From Squalus acanthias (Eukaryota), in assembly GCA_030390025.1 (NCBI GenBank), contig CM059431.1:103418001-103482000 (forward strand): a DNA stretch of 64,000 nucleotides, given 5' to 3'. The notes beneath the pieces are model-generated. The model ran no database searches and had not been told where the DNA came from. It saw only the letters and a program-made list of their open reading frames with translations. Position 1 is the stretch's first letter; every line of letters begins with the position of its first letter. The position numbers and the translations under genes were made by a program. This document shows positions 63,167 through 64,000 of the stretch, in pieces.

Positions 63167-64000
63167 TGCATCGAGGTCTTGTAATGGCCTTTACTGATCA
63201 GCTTTACGAATGACTCAAAGCTAGCATCAAAATGAAAATTTAAGGCCTGCTTGGTACTGGCAACTTTAGTTAGCTTTTTTCTTTCCTTATTGCTAGTTGG
63301 TTGGAAACTATGGGGGGAGAAGTTTGTTTTAGCCGGTAAAGTTGTCACTGGCAACTGGAGTGAACGGCCGCTGAAAATGGCCGCAACGCTAACGGGGCAA
63401 AATTCATCTGGGGGGATGGAGATTGTTGGCGCAGCGCTTACCTGCCATGCAACGCCATCCTGGTGACGTTGTTGGAGGCATCTGAGGCGAAGTTTGTGAG
63501 CAGGTCCGGCGTTGCAGCTTCCCACAGCCCCTGCGAGCGAGCCTGTAGAGCTCGCAAGGAATTGTGGGCAATGAAGAGGCCTGAGAATTAAAGGGGCCAC
63601 GCACACTGAAGCGATACAAATTAAAATGAAACAATGCAGTTTTCGGCCCTTTCTGCCTTTTTAAAAAAGTATTTAACATTACAAAGAAGTCCCAAATGTG
63701 AATATTCAGCTCTTAAAGCTGAATTCCCTTTCCTAACCTCAACAAATGGGAAAAATGCCTCAGCGCTAACACAAATGGCTCAGCAAGCCAGGGAAGGGGC
63801 ATCCAGGGTCTCGCACACAGCACTCCAGCTTTGTGCAGGGGGTCAACACTGCAAGACAGGCCCTCTACCCACAGGAGCCAGGGGGCCATCCAGAAAGAAC
63901 GATGTGGGAATACATCACTGAGAGAGTCACTGCCAGCAGTGTCGCCCCCAACCATCTGACTCCAGTACCCAAAGAAGCTTCATGACCTCAGACCAGTGGT

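Noticed and set aside
63311..63790. Further Harbinger-type MITE
   Set aside because: A left end (ggggggagaagttt) and a GC-rich body are suggestive, but I found no matching right TIR or TSD.

Overview
This is repeat-dense eukaryotic DNA, almost certainly from a cartilaginous fish (shark). It carries tRNA-derived Deu-domain SINEs (SacSINE1-like), many CR1 LINE 3' fragments and one near full-length decayed CR1, plus L2 and RTE fragments. It also holds Penelope-like elements (PLEs) with minimal hammerhead ribozyme motifs, a swarm of PIF/Harbinger MITEs with two decayed Harbinger transposase fossils, hAT MITEs and three large tandem arrays. I found no host protein-coding exon, so the window looks intronic or intergenic. 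Every long ORF is transposon-derived or an artefact of tandem repeats. The most notable observations are four. (i) Two PLE copies from different subfamilies sit at the same nucleotide and orientation inside CR1 3' regions. (ii) A TG..CA element has ~52-bp terminal inverted repeats, a 4-bp TSD and a G.U-rich hairpin around an AATAAA (an LTR/Ginger-like hybrid). (iii) A 1.67-kb solo LTR splits a CR1 tail. (iv) A 33-bp minisatellite has expanded twice from a hairpin inside the SINE. Coordinates were read by eye and boundaries are approximate unless TSDs are quoted.
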